DNA of 64,000 nucleotides from Octopus bimaculoides (lineage: Eukaryota): positions 103,877,415-103,941,414 of the forward strand of contig NC_068984.1 in assembly GCF_001194135.2 (NCBI RefSeq). The letters run 5' to 3'. Shown here one piece after another: positions 54,282 through 64,000 of this stretch. Under the pieces are notes generated by a model. That model ran no database searches. It was not told where the DNA came from and saw only the letters and a program-made list of their open reading frames with translations. A program made the position numbers and the translations under genes. Position 1 is the stretch's first letter; each line of letters opens with the position of its first letter.

Positions 54282-54496
54282 CATATTACTAAAAGTAAAT
54301 CCTGACAATTTATCTGCTGCATGAACACTCCAAACATCAGCAAGGATAGTATTTGGTCCTTTGGCATCAGCTCTAACCATATCAAAACAGGAATTTTCTG
54401 GCCGAATTTCTGTATCTGTAAACACTTCCAATGGCCATTCAAAGTCTTGATAGGTGTTAAAGTCACCAAGAAGTACTACATTTTCAAGTTCTTTTT
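54282..54496 (-). CDS. EEP-family hydrolase, exon 4 (LLGDFN motif)
   Basis: ccaacag|AA..ATG|gtaaga, 215 nt, phase 1 to 0. EKELENVVLLGDFNTYQDFEWPL..GFTFSNM. Confidence 0.9.
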
Positions 54497-55492
54497 CTGT
54501 TGGTATACAAAACACGATAAATATAAATTACAGAGTATTAAATTGATAGACAGGCAAAATTCCATTCTTGCAATCTACACCTATTTCAAAAAATTACTGA
54601 TATTTTTTTGTTTTTTGTTCTTACTGTGCACACAAGGATAGGGGATACATATGTTGGTTTAACTAACTGCAGTAGAGGACCAAATTTGACAGATGGCAAA
54701 GTCAACCTCAATTCTTGAACTCAGAACATCCAAGAGCAAAACTTCTACAAGACATTTAGTTAGAACTCTACCATTTTTGTTACTCCACCTTATTTCAGAA
54801 CAGAAATCACACATTAGGTATTGTTTAATTATCGAAGCTTCCATATAATGGTTTTTTGTAGATTCAATGAAAGATAAAAATGAGCAAAATTTATTGTTAG
54901 GGATCCTAACTAGCTGTGAGAAAGTTGAGTATAATCTTTGAAGTTAACCCTGATGAAATATACTGGAGTCCAGTCCTGGTCAAATAGACTTATGATGAAA
55001 TGAAGTGCAACCATTAACCCACCATTTTTTTGTCAAGCCATTTTTAAGAGTATGATATAAGGAAGATTTGATTGCTATTTCTAGTAAGTTGTGTGGCCAG
55101 TGTTGTCTACTATATCCTCAGGCCAACCAAAGCCTTGTGAGTGGATTTGGTAGACGGAAACTGAAAGAAGCCCATCATATGTATGTTGGTGTGTTTACGT
55201 CCCCGAAAACTTGCAGTTCGGCAAGAGATCAATAGAATAAGTACTAGGCTTACAAAAGAATAAATCTTGGGGTCAATTTGTTTGACTAAAGACAGTACTC
55301 CAGCATGACCACACTCAAGTGACTGAAACAAGTAAAAGAACATGGAATAGATGTGAAATTAATGATGATAATTAGAAAAAAAAATTCAAATAACAGTATA
55401 TTTTTATAAAAGCAGGAAATGATACACAATATTGTTTAATTAGACTTTTTACACTGATGTGCTAATTAAGGTTGTTATACAGTAATAGGAGT

Positions 55493-55865
55493 GGAGGCGC
55501 AATGGCCCAGTGGTTAGGGCAGCGGACTCGCGGTTTTGATTCCCAGACCGGGCGTTGTGAGTGTTTATTGAGCGAAAACACCTAAAAGCTCCACGAGGCT
55601 CCGGCAGGGTATGGTGGTGAACCCTGCTGTACTCTTTCACCACAACTTTCTCTCACTCTTACTTCTTGTTTCTGTTGTGCCTGTAATTCAAAGGGTCAGC
55701 CTTGTCACACTGTGTCACGCTGAATATCCACGAGAACTACGTTAAGGGTACACGTGTCTGTGGAGTGCTCAGCCACTTGCATGTTAATTTCACGAGCAGG
55801 CTGTTCCGTTGATCGGATCAACTGGAACCCTCGACGTCGTAAGCGACGGAATGCCAACAACAATA
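55493..55865 (+). mobile_element. tRNA-derived SINE (family 2), near full length
   Basis: ggaggcgcaatggcccagtggttagggcagcgg (A box) ... ends gacggaatgccaacaacaa. A diverged fragment is at ~9280-9420. Confidence 0.8.
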
Positions 55866-56235
55866 GCAATAGGAACAATTTCATGATTTTGTTAAATTCC
55901 AAATCAACCCTGACTGAGACTGGGTAGACATAACATGCATATTCTAGCCAAGATCATCCCATCTTTTTTACCAGATTAATACATATATAAGACTATATAA
56001 CATCAAAAGTTTTCCAGTTGAGAACACTGAGGTTTTTATTCAGGCATAGTATATCCAGGACTATATAATCCAATGTATTTTTGTCCAACTGATGTAAGCA
56101 TGGGAATATTAAAATAATGATGATGATTTCTACAGTTAGAAATAATATAAAGTGTCAATTTACATATCAGAAATTATCAACTTAGCTTGTTCAAATAGTT
56201 TTGTGAAGAAAATATAAAAAGATTTGCAAACTAAC

Positions 56236-56445
56236 CTGAGATGTAATGCAATATTCTGGCTGCATTGTTACACTGTTGCTGTCTGTCGTATGAAAAATGT
56301 ACAGTCAGAACATGTATAGCTGAGTCTTCACTATAACCTATCATAGCATGAAGAGCAATCCTTTGATTTGTATCGGGGCCACTCATGTAGGGAATACTGA
56401 TTGTTGTTGATTTAAGTATTGGAAGCTTGCTAAGAATACCAATGC
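56236..56445 (-). CDS. EEP-family hydrolase, exon 3
   Basis: ttgacag|GC..TCAG|gttagt, 210 nt, phase 1 to 1. GIGILSKLPI..NQRIAL..VLTVHFSY. Confidence 0.88.
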
Positions 56446-57247
56446 CTGTCAATAGAAATAAAAATTGAAAGATGTTACATAAATTTTTTTTTTAAGTGCA
56501 GAAATAAAGAAATATATGAACCCTTTTGTTATTAGATTTCTGTTGAAATATGCTACCTTTGCTTCACTTAATTTTTAAAATAACTCATCATTTTGCTGGA
56601 ATTTGGAACATAAATAGCATGAAATTTTGATGCAAGGTTTTCATTTAGATCACTTTAAAACAGGAAATTTGTGTCTTAGAACAAGGGTGGTCTCAGACAG
56701 GCTGGTATCAAAAGGGTGAATCTCTTACTAATCTAAATATATATATATTTTTTTTTAAGACAGGGATTATAACAGTAGTAGAATTTAGCAATTAAGAAAC
56801 AATAATTAAGAATAATTTCAAATACTTAATGAAAATAAATGCCACTGTTTGCCAATACAATTATGTTTTTTGCAAAACTGTTTGTGCTCTATTTTAACTT
56901 TCAGAAAGAACACATTTACCCACGATTAATCATAAAAAGAAAAAAGAAAAGAAAAACAAGTGAACTCAAGTTGAAGAGGCCAAACTAACTCACAAGATAT
57001 TTTAGAAAATAGTCTCAATATTTTAAAATAATTTCTGATCTAAGTAAGATATGAATACAGATAGATATATGGATAAAAATACTCTATCTCTGTGAGCATG
57101 TCAGTGTGTGTGTGAGATAGAAATAGAAAGGGAGAGTGTGTGTGTGTGTGTGTGCCTGTGTACAAATATTATAATGACCCAACAAACTTGTACTCATCTT
57201 CAAACCCTACAACTATATTGTTATTTTGTCACAAAACTCATAATAAC

Positions 57248-57428
57248 CTTCTCGTTCCCATCCATTCCAATAGGTGTGCCTGGGTTTCTGTACATCATTT
57301 GCAGGTTGAACAACCATCCAATTGAAGTCTGCAAGTTTCTCTTGCAGCTCCAACAACTGACTTCTAACACTGCTAGAATCCATTCGAACTTCCTGGAATG
57401 CTATCACATCAGGATTAATAGTTTCTAT
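57248..57428 (-). CDS. EEP-family hydrolase, exon 2 (DVIAFQEV)
   Basis: ttacttcag|ATA..GAAG|gttatt, 181 nt, phase 0 to 1. Confidence 0.88.
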
Positions 57429-57923
57429 CTGAAGTAAAAATTTTTTGAAAAAAATGTTTAAGAGAAGGTTTTTGATATACATTTTTACATTATACATTTT
57501 ATATACATTAATCTGATATGATGAATGCAGCTATTAATACAGTTGTTCTATAACAAATACCATTCCAGATCTTGTAGATTATAATAATGGTCATACAGGA
57601 AACAGATAAATGAAACAAACGAGAGCTAATTTTAAAAGACAAAGGGGACAGTTGCAGAAATGATTATGAGAGGGAGATGGTATGTAAAACAATAAAAGCA
57701 GTGAAGGATGTAAGTCTTTCAGGATAATCAATGAGGTGCTGAAAATACAAAGTTACATAATTGTCACATACTTAGCTAAGATCAATCAAAATAACATTAT
57801 CACCTTGATGACTAGCAGCATTAATTATCAACTGCATTTCATATTTATATATTTAAAAATATAAACTTGCAGTAAAACATTATTTACATTTGACGGATAT
57901 TTGTCCTCATCTTGTTTGTTGTT

Positions 57924-57969
57924 AACACAACGTTTTGGCTGATATACTCTCCAGCCTTCATCAGGTGTC
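57924..57969 (-). ncRNA. Minimal type I hammerhead motif, G12A variant (inverted copy)
   Basis: Reverse complement: GACAC-CTGATGA-aGGCTG(gagagtatat)CAGCC-AAAAC-GTT-GTGTT. Confidence 0.65.
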
Positions 57970-58167
57970 TTGGGGAAATTTCAAACCTGGGTTTTCATTC
58001 CTACGCCATATGCCCATGGGCATATGGCATAGTGGTTAAGAGCGTGGGCTACTAACCCCAAGATTCCAAGTTTGATTCTAGGCAGTGACCTGAATGATAA
58101 TAATAATAATAATAATAACATTGAAAAATACCTTAGGAATGAGAACCCAGGTTCAAAATTTCCCCAA

Positions 58168-58213
58168 AACACCTGATGAAGGCTGGAGGGTATATCAGCC
58201 GAAATGATGTGTT
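58168..58213 (+). ncRNA. Minimal type I hammerhead motif, cleavage-site variant
   Basis: AACAC-CTGATGA-aGGCTG(gagggtatat)CAGCC-GAAA-tgat-GTGTT. Stems I and II perfect; stem III/triplet mutated relative to the inverted copy. Confidence 0.65.
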
Positions 58214-58530
58214 AACAACAAGATGAGGACAAATATCCATCAAATGTAAATAATGTACATAGTTCCTCATCTCTTAAATATAGAATTGAAATAAAACAGT
58301 TGATAATGCTACTGCCAGTTTGGTTGCAACATACTGTGGCTGAATCAGCAAATATTTCCCTCATTTAGTCTCTCACAGAATTCCATCAAATTCTAGAACA
58401 AAGATTGAATACTCCTGATGTAGAAGTTCACTCTTTGAACCTCAAATATGCAATTACATTTGACTACAGTCCTGGAAGGTGCAAAACTTAGTGGCTCGTT
58501 AATTGGCAGAAACATCATTATTTTCAGCTA

Positions 58531-59784
58531 CATGAGGGTCAGCTGAAAAGTTCATAGCCTGACCAAGATACTCTCATGGAATGTAACCAAATGTGGTATA
58601 CTTTTCAACAAAGCCCTCCTTGTAACCCATACCTTTCTTCCATCAGTGTTGCAGTGCTTGGATTCCATTGCTGAAGAAGCTTTCATACTGTTGGTCAAAA
58701 AAGGCATCAATAGCAGATATTACATCATCATCACTGCGATACTGGTTCCCAGTCAAGTGTTTTTCATGTTGGGGAACAGATGATAGTCAGATGAGACGAA
58801 ATCAAGAGAATAGGGAGAGTGATCAGCCAGTCATGCACAGCAGCCATTGAAACCAAGGACTTGTGTGCTGGAGTATTGTCCTGATGAAACAAGACCCCTT
58901 TTGTCAGTTTTCTAAGATGTTTGTTCTTTATAGCCTTTTATAACTGCCTCAACAAGTTGCAAGTTGGTATAGTACTCTCCATTGATGGTGTGGTCCTTTT
59001 GAAGATAGTCAATAAACACAATGCCTTTTGCACCTACAGATGAAATATCATTCGCCTTCTTCAGACCAGATGAGGAGAGATGTTTCCACTGCATAGATTG
59101 TCTCTGGCTCAGTAATGAAGCCAACACTCATCCTGAGTTAGGAAACCTTCAAGGAAATCAGCTGGATCTGCCTCAAACAATGTCAGATTTTTCTGTAATG
59201 TGATCAGCCTGGTGTGCTTTTTGATCAGGAGTTATAAATGGCACCCACTAAACAGAAACCTTCATTATGCTAAGCTCATTGTGCAGAATATTCTCTGCTC
59301 TCTCAGAGGATATGCTAATAGCATTGGCATTTGATTTATAGTCAATCACCTGTCATCCATCACTATGTAGTGAACGTGATCAATGTTTTCTTTGGTGGTG
59401 GTGGCAGTTGCAGGACGTCCAGACTTTGGGTCATCTTCAAGACTTTCCCATCCCCTTCTAAATTCAACAACCCACTTTTGCACTGTTAATAAAGCTAGAG
59501 CATCATCCCTTAAATGTAGCAACCACGTCAGCATGAATGTTCTTGGGAACGAAACCCTTTTTATGCAGGTATTTGATAACACCATGATGCCAAATTTTAT
59601 CCATTTTCAACAGAAGTCGCTACTAGTTAGTTTTGAAGTCTTCTTGGAAGTCAGGTGTCAGTTTGCCAGGGAAGAAATATTTCGGTTATTAATAAGAATA
59701 GTTGAAATTAATGCATGTAAGATTTCACAACTCTAGCATCACTCCTTCATAATCAGCCGCATTGAGCCTTTCAGCTCACTCTCG
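58531..59784 (-). mobile_element. Full-length but decayed mariner transposon in EEP intron 1
   Basis: ~1.25 kb. TIR-like ends gagggtcagctgaaaag / ctttcagctcactctcg|TA. Peptides VQKWVVEFRRGWESLEDDPKSGRP and KGIVFIDYLQKDHTINGEYY. Confidence 0.85.
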
Positions 59785-60872
59785 TAATTGTTAACATTCA
59801 ATGATTTAGTAGAATATACCCTCGTCTGTATTTATTATAAATTACACCAAAATGAAATCTCAAAACATCAAGATGTTTGGGGATCTCATTACTAGGTGTC
59901 GTTTTAACTCGAAGCAATGCTCAGCAATCTGTTTTTGATTCCTTACAGGCTGTCTTAAGCTAAAAACAATATGAAATATTTCAAAATACGAAATAAGGGA
60001 TCATTATTCGAAAATGATATTGTCGCAAACAACACGCATAAGAAAATAATTGCATGTTTTATAAGTAAACCTAACAGAAAATAAATCTGGGAGTATGAGC
60101 TCTGGGACAAGCAGTCTTAGAGATCTGGTCTAATTAACCCTGTTGACTTAACAAGAAACAAGATGAGTAATGTTTTTGTGTGTGGTGCGTGCGCGCGCGC
60201 GAATGACGCAGTGCCCACTCGATCCCCTTTTGAGAATATTTCTGATTCCTTTACATTTTGATTAAAAATAAAACAAATCGACTTAAAACAAACAATATAT
60301 ATATATATACACAAAACAATAAAGAGACTAATACATCTTCAAATTTTTCTTCAAGCGTTAATTATGCTTCCAATTGTTGTAGAGTTAAATCCCCAAAAAT
60401 ATCCATGATCCAGCGAAGCGAATCCGGATTTACCCATCAGATGAATTACAGTGGGGATTGCTCACCCTAAGCGATCCCTACTTGATGTGGTTACGGAACC
60501 TGGAATATACCTGAGGGGTCTTACGGTACCCGCATGGATAATTTATCCCTATATTATATATCCCATCGTATTATATATATATATATATATATATNNNNNN
60601 NNNNNNNNNNNNNNNNNNNNNNNNNNNNNNNNNNNNNNNNNNNTATATATTTGTTAGGAAACCCACTAATTTTCGGGGAAAAGCTGAATCGAATAGATGT
60701 ATTTTATGAGAATATCTATAATAATAAAAATAATAAATTATTAAAATCACATTTAACAGGTATATTAATGTGTAAAAGTCACACAGGTTTTCATAACATC
60801 GAAGCTGTTGAAAGAAAATACTAACAGAACAAGACATTAAATGAAAATTAAGAAAGGAAATAAACTGCTCAC

Positions 60873-61031
60873 CATTTCAATCACTCGCATTTTTCTAACT
60901 TCCCAATTGAACATTATGTTCCATAGATTATAAGTGGCAACTTTCAAACTCAAAGTGCAATGGAATATAACAGACAGAACTAGGATTGTTAAGGAAAATC
61001 GCGACATGGCATAATGTAAATAATACACCAT
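60873..61031 (-). CDS. EEP-family hydrolase, exon 1 (signal peptide plus TYNLWN)
   Basis: MVYYLHYAMSRFSLTILVLSVIFHCTLSLKVATYNLWNIMFNWEVRKMRVIEM|gtgagc. Alternative start gccATG at 61007. Confidence 0.88.
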
Positions 61032-61204
61032 GTTTACATTGATCAAGAACTTATTGCGACCGCTGATTAATCCAGAAAGATGCGATGTCGAAGATAATTT
61101 ATTAAAAACATATTCTTAGAGGGAAAGTTATTGTTTTCTGCTCTAACCATTAATAAACACCTGAATATATACTAACAACAACAACAATCGTAACAACACT
61201 ACAC

Positions 61205-61250
61205 GGTGAGCCGCCATAATTTCGCCAGGTTCACAATTGCGCATGCGCAC
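61205..61250. promoter_or_regulatory. Promoter motifs between the divergent genes: NRF1 palindrome TGCGCATGCGCA and YY1-like CCGCCAT
   Basis: tgcgcatgcgca at 61238-61249; ccgccat at 61211-61217; about 200 nt upstream of the EEP ATG. Confidence 0.6.
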
Positions 61251-62657
61251 ATAATGTTTTGCACTCAATAGTTTTGCTGTTCTTGAACAGAACTTTCTCA
61301 AATATGAATTAATTAATTAATTCAGATAGTTTGAAGTATTAATTACAACAAAGCCTTATTATGCTTCAGCTTGTATTTGATTACCTAAAATATGCGAAGT
61401 AACATGAAACAATATCTGTTAAACTGATTTTATGGTCTAACAAATGGCATTAAAGAAAATTCCCCAATTGTGTGGGATTAAGGTCTACAAATTTGTGGTC
61501 ACCATCAGTACGAACAATGATACCGTAAATCAATAAAGTATATTACAATGTTTTATAACTAAAACAACTACCATTATATACGTCTTATGTCGGCAAAGAG
61601 CCGTGGCTCTTCTGTAGGGCATGAGTATAATCAATTTTAATTGATCCGGGTTGAACTCGATTTTTAATTAGTCAGTTCCAGAGACGAAAGGCAAATTCGA
61701 CCCTGACGGGAATTTACTTGCCCTAAAGTATTCAACTTTACAACAGTTGTAAAAAAAACTGTACATATGCACGTCTCGGATCTTTTGCCAAAAGGGAAAA
61801 GATCCCAAGTGAATTATTTTTTCTATGTACCGGCCAAAAGGAAAAGATCCCAAGTCTCTCCACGGCAACAACGTTATCAAAAAAGAAAAAATGAAAGGAC
61901 TGATATAGTTTGGCACCAGTGTCGTCGCCAAATGTACCAGATAAAACAAGATATCTCAAACGACTAGAATTTATTGCCCCCCCCCCGAAAGGACGGAAAA
62001 TAAAGTTAACCACAGTAGGAGTTGAACTCAAAGAGTTCAAAAGAAACCGAAAAGAAATTTGACTCAAAAAAGCTACCAGTTCGGTCACCTTTTACAGAAT
62101 GTGTAATTGGGGTCAAAGTTCCTTAGAATACAGTTCTTACTTCTTTTTCCTAGTTTTTGAAGTCAAATAAGCAAAATGGAACATATTTCTTGTAACATAA
62201 GATATCCTGAAATAAATATCCAAAGAAAAATACAGAGGGATTTCAGATTAATATAACGTTAAAAGCAAGGCGTTAGTTGTTAATAATTCCACAGTCCAAC
62301 AAATATATTATAGATATTAATCCCTTTTCAGGAAAAGCATCGATATGATCTCGAAAGAACGCGAGAATCAAAATAAATGAATGCACGAAAAAGAAAAATT
62401 AAAAGGTGAGAGGGTGAAATATCAATCATAAAAAAATTACTTTACAAAAGATATGGAGTAAAGCTAAACAGGATAACACTTTATGACCAGTTCGCATGAC
62501 TATTATTCGTAGGAGAAGGGGAAAAAATTTGGTAAAAGCTTTTCTTTTGTTGTACAAGTCTATCTTTTTGATATCATTTGAAATGACGCTTGACTCCGTG
62601 ATCAATGTTAAATTTTATAAGGGACTTGTTCTTGAGAAACACCGTTTCAAATGCAAA

Positions 62658-62720
62658 ATGGATTTATTAAAGGCTGAGATCGAAAGGAAAAAAAGACAAC
62701 TAGATGAGAGTCAGGTTTTG
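62658..62720 (+). CDS. PRPF18: Pre-mRNA splicing factor 18, exon 1
   Basis: MDLLKAEIERKKRQLDESQVL|gtaagc. Resembles the PRPF18 N-terminus as I recall it (MDILKSEILRKRQL..KKYFKRSEL). Confidence 0.85.
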
Positions 62721-63676
62721 GTAAGCTAGGTTTGATTTGTATTTTGAAGATGATCTCTTAATGAATATAACGAGTGTTGTATGATGGTATCAAAATACTA
62801 TTTGATTTCATATCTGTTATCTGTATTTTGTCTTATATTCCAGACCTTCTAATTCCATTTTCATGCAATTTTAAATTTCATTCACAGTGAAGTATCGGCA
62901 GTATTTACATTAAAGAAAATTATCGGAGAATTTTCTTCTAATTCTTCCAAATCTTTCTGTTTTGAAACCATTTGTGGTTTCAGAAACCTTTCTGATTACT
63001 TGTTAGTTGGGTATAGCTAGTGAAGTCCCCTTCCGAGATTTTGTTTCCCCGAATTTAATATAAAATGCATATTTTTAATGAAATTTTCCAAATGTATTTT
63101 AAATGTCCTAAATTATGATAGTGTCGTATAAAAATGAACAAGGGTTTTTTGTTCACTTTTGTTAAAAATCAGCTGGGATCAATTAACTCGATTATATATG
63201 TGTGTGAGATAGCTTATTTATAATAATTTTGTATTTTCAGTACACTCTCTAATACAAATAGCTTTAAAAAGTGGGGTTTTTTTCACTAATCTATAATTAT
63301 TTTAGTACCTTGCTTTGGGTTTGTTCAATTTGAATTAAAAATCACAAAATTACAAATTATTATTTTACACTACAAAGCCTTGCAACTAATATAATTTCAC
63401 TTAAAAAAATTTTAATGTCACGGTATCCTGTATTCGAACATTAATAAATGACCGAGATACAACATTAACCGTCTTTTAAAAGTTACGAGAAACAATTACT
63501 GTTCTTTAGAATTTCAGAAAACAAAAAATGATCGAACTATTGTTCTCCTAAGTATTGCTAAATTATTAATGAATTGTGAAATATTCCTTCATATTCAAAT
63601 TTTTATTTTTATTCCATTTTTGTCAAAGAATCATGCTTGTGTGAAAAATGCAAACTTTTATTGTTACATTTTGAAG

Positions 63677-63784
63677 GTTCCTGGCAAAAAATATTTTAAG
63701 CGTGGAGATTTGGCGAAGCATTATCAGCAGAGTTTTTATAATAGAAATTCTTATGATGTTGAAAATTCTTCTACTAATGAGGAG
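63677..63784 (+). CDS. PRPF18: Pre-mRNA splicing factor 18, exon 2 (gene continues beyond the window)
   Basis: ttttgaag|GTT..GAG|gtaagt, 108 nt, phase 0. VPGKKYFKRGDLAKHYQQSFYNRNSYDVENSSTNEE. Confidence 0.85.
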
Positions 63785-63914
63785 GTAAGTTCTCAAAACT
63801 TCCAGCTCTCATATTGCATATCTGTAAATAACAACCGGCAAGACTTCTGACGGCCCCCACCAAAAAACCACCTGGGCGGAAGTCTTTCCTAATAACCATA
63901 TATATATATATATA

Positions 63915-64000
63915 TATTTCTTTATTGCCCACAGGGGGCTAAACATAGAGGGGACAAACAAGGACAGACAAAGGGATTAAGTCGATTACATCGACCCAGT
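63915..64000 (-). mobile_element. SINE 3' part, truncated by the window end
   Basis: Reverse complement: actgggtcgatgtaatcgacttaatccctttgtc..gggcaataaagaaata, followed by (TA)n. Confidence 0.65.

Larger units (their letters stand above)
57880..58290 (+). mobile_element. tRNA-headed short retroposon with hammerhead tail and 5' inverted (fold-back) copy
   Basis: Head 58018-58090 (A box TGGCATAGTGG, B-box-like GTTTGATTC), (TAA)n spacer, tail 58133-58290. Inverted tail at 57880-58003. Perfect 24-bp palindrome at 58005-58028. Confidence 0.85.

Noticed and set aside
58018-58090. tRNA gene
   Set aside because: Acceptor stem and B box are degenerate and it is fused to a repeat tail; it is a retroposon head.

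Overview
AT-rich, microsatellite-laden eukaryotic scaffold with N-gaps. The repeat families look like those of an octopus/coleoid cephalopod (inference from recalled repeat consensus, not a search). Three spliced genes are supported. (1) A + strand ubiquitin-specific protease with an N-terminal hydrophobic/TM region: exons 25312-26429, 42077-42183, 44407-45345; 5' exon(s) unresolved. (2) A complete - strand 5-exon gene (61031 to 51228, 477 aa) encoding a signal-peptide EEP-family hydrolase. Its final catalytic SDH motif is separated from the rest of the domain by a Cys-rich module and two predicted TM helices. (3) The first two exons of PRPF18 (+), head-to-head with the EEP gene. The rest is a transposon archive: two Penelope-like (GIY-YIG) families, RTE and CR1 LINE fragments, Merlin, mariner, piggyBac-type and hAT MITEs, and tRNA-derived SINEs. 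At least three distinct families of minimal type I hammerhead ribozyme motifs occur, plus a possible fourth relic. One is in a tRNA-headed SINE/retrozyme-like element with a fold-back inverted copy. No CRISPR, rRNA or bona fide tRNA gene was seen.
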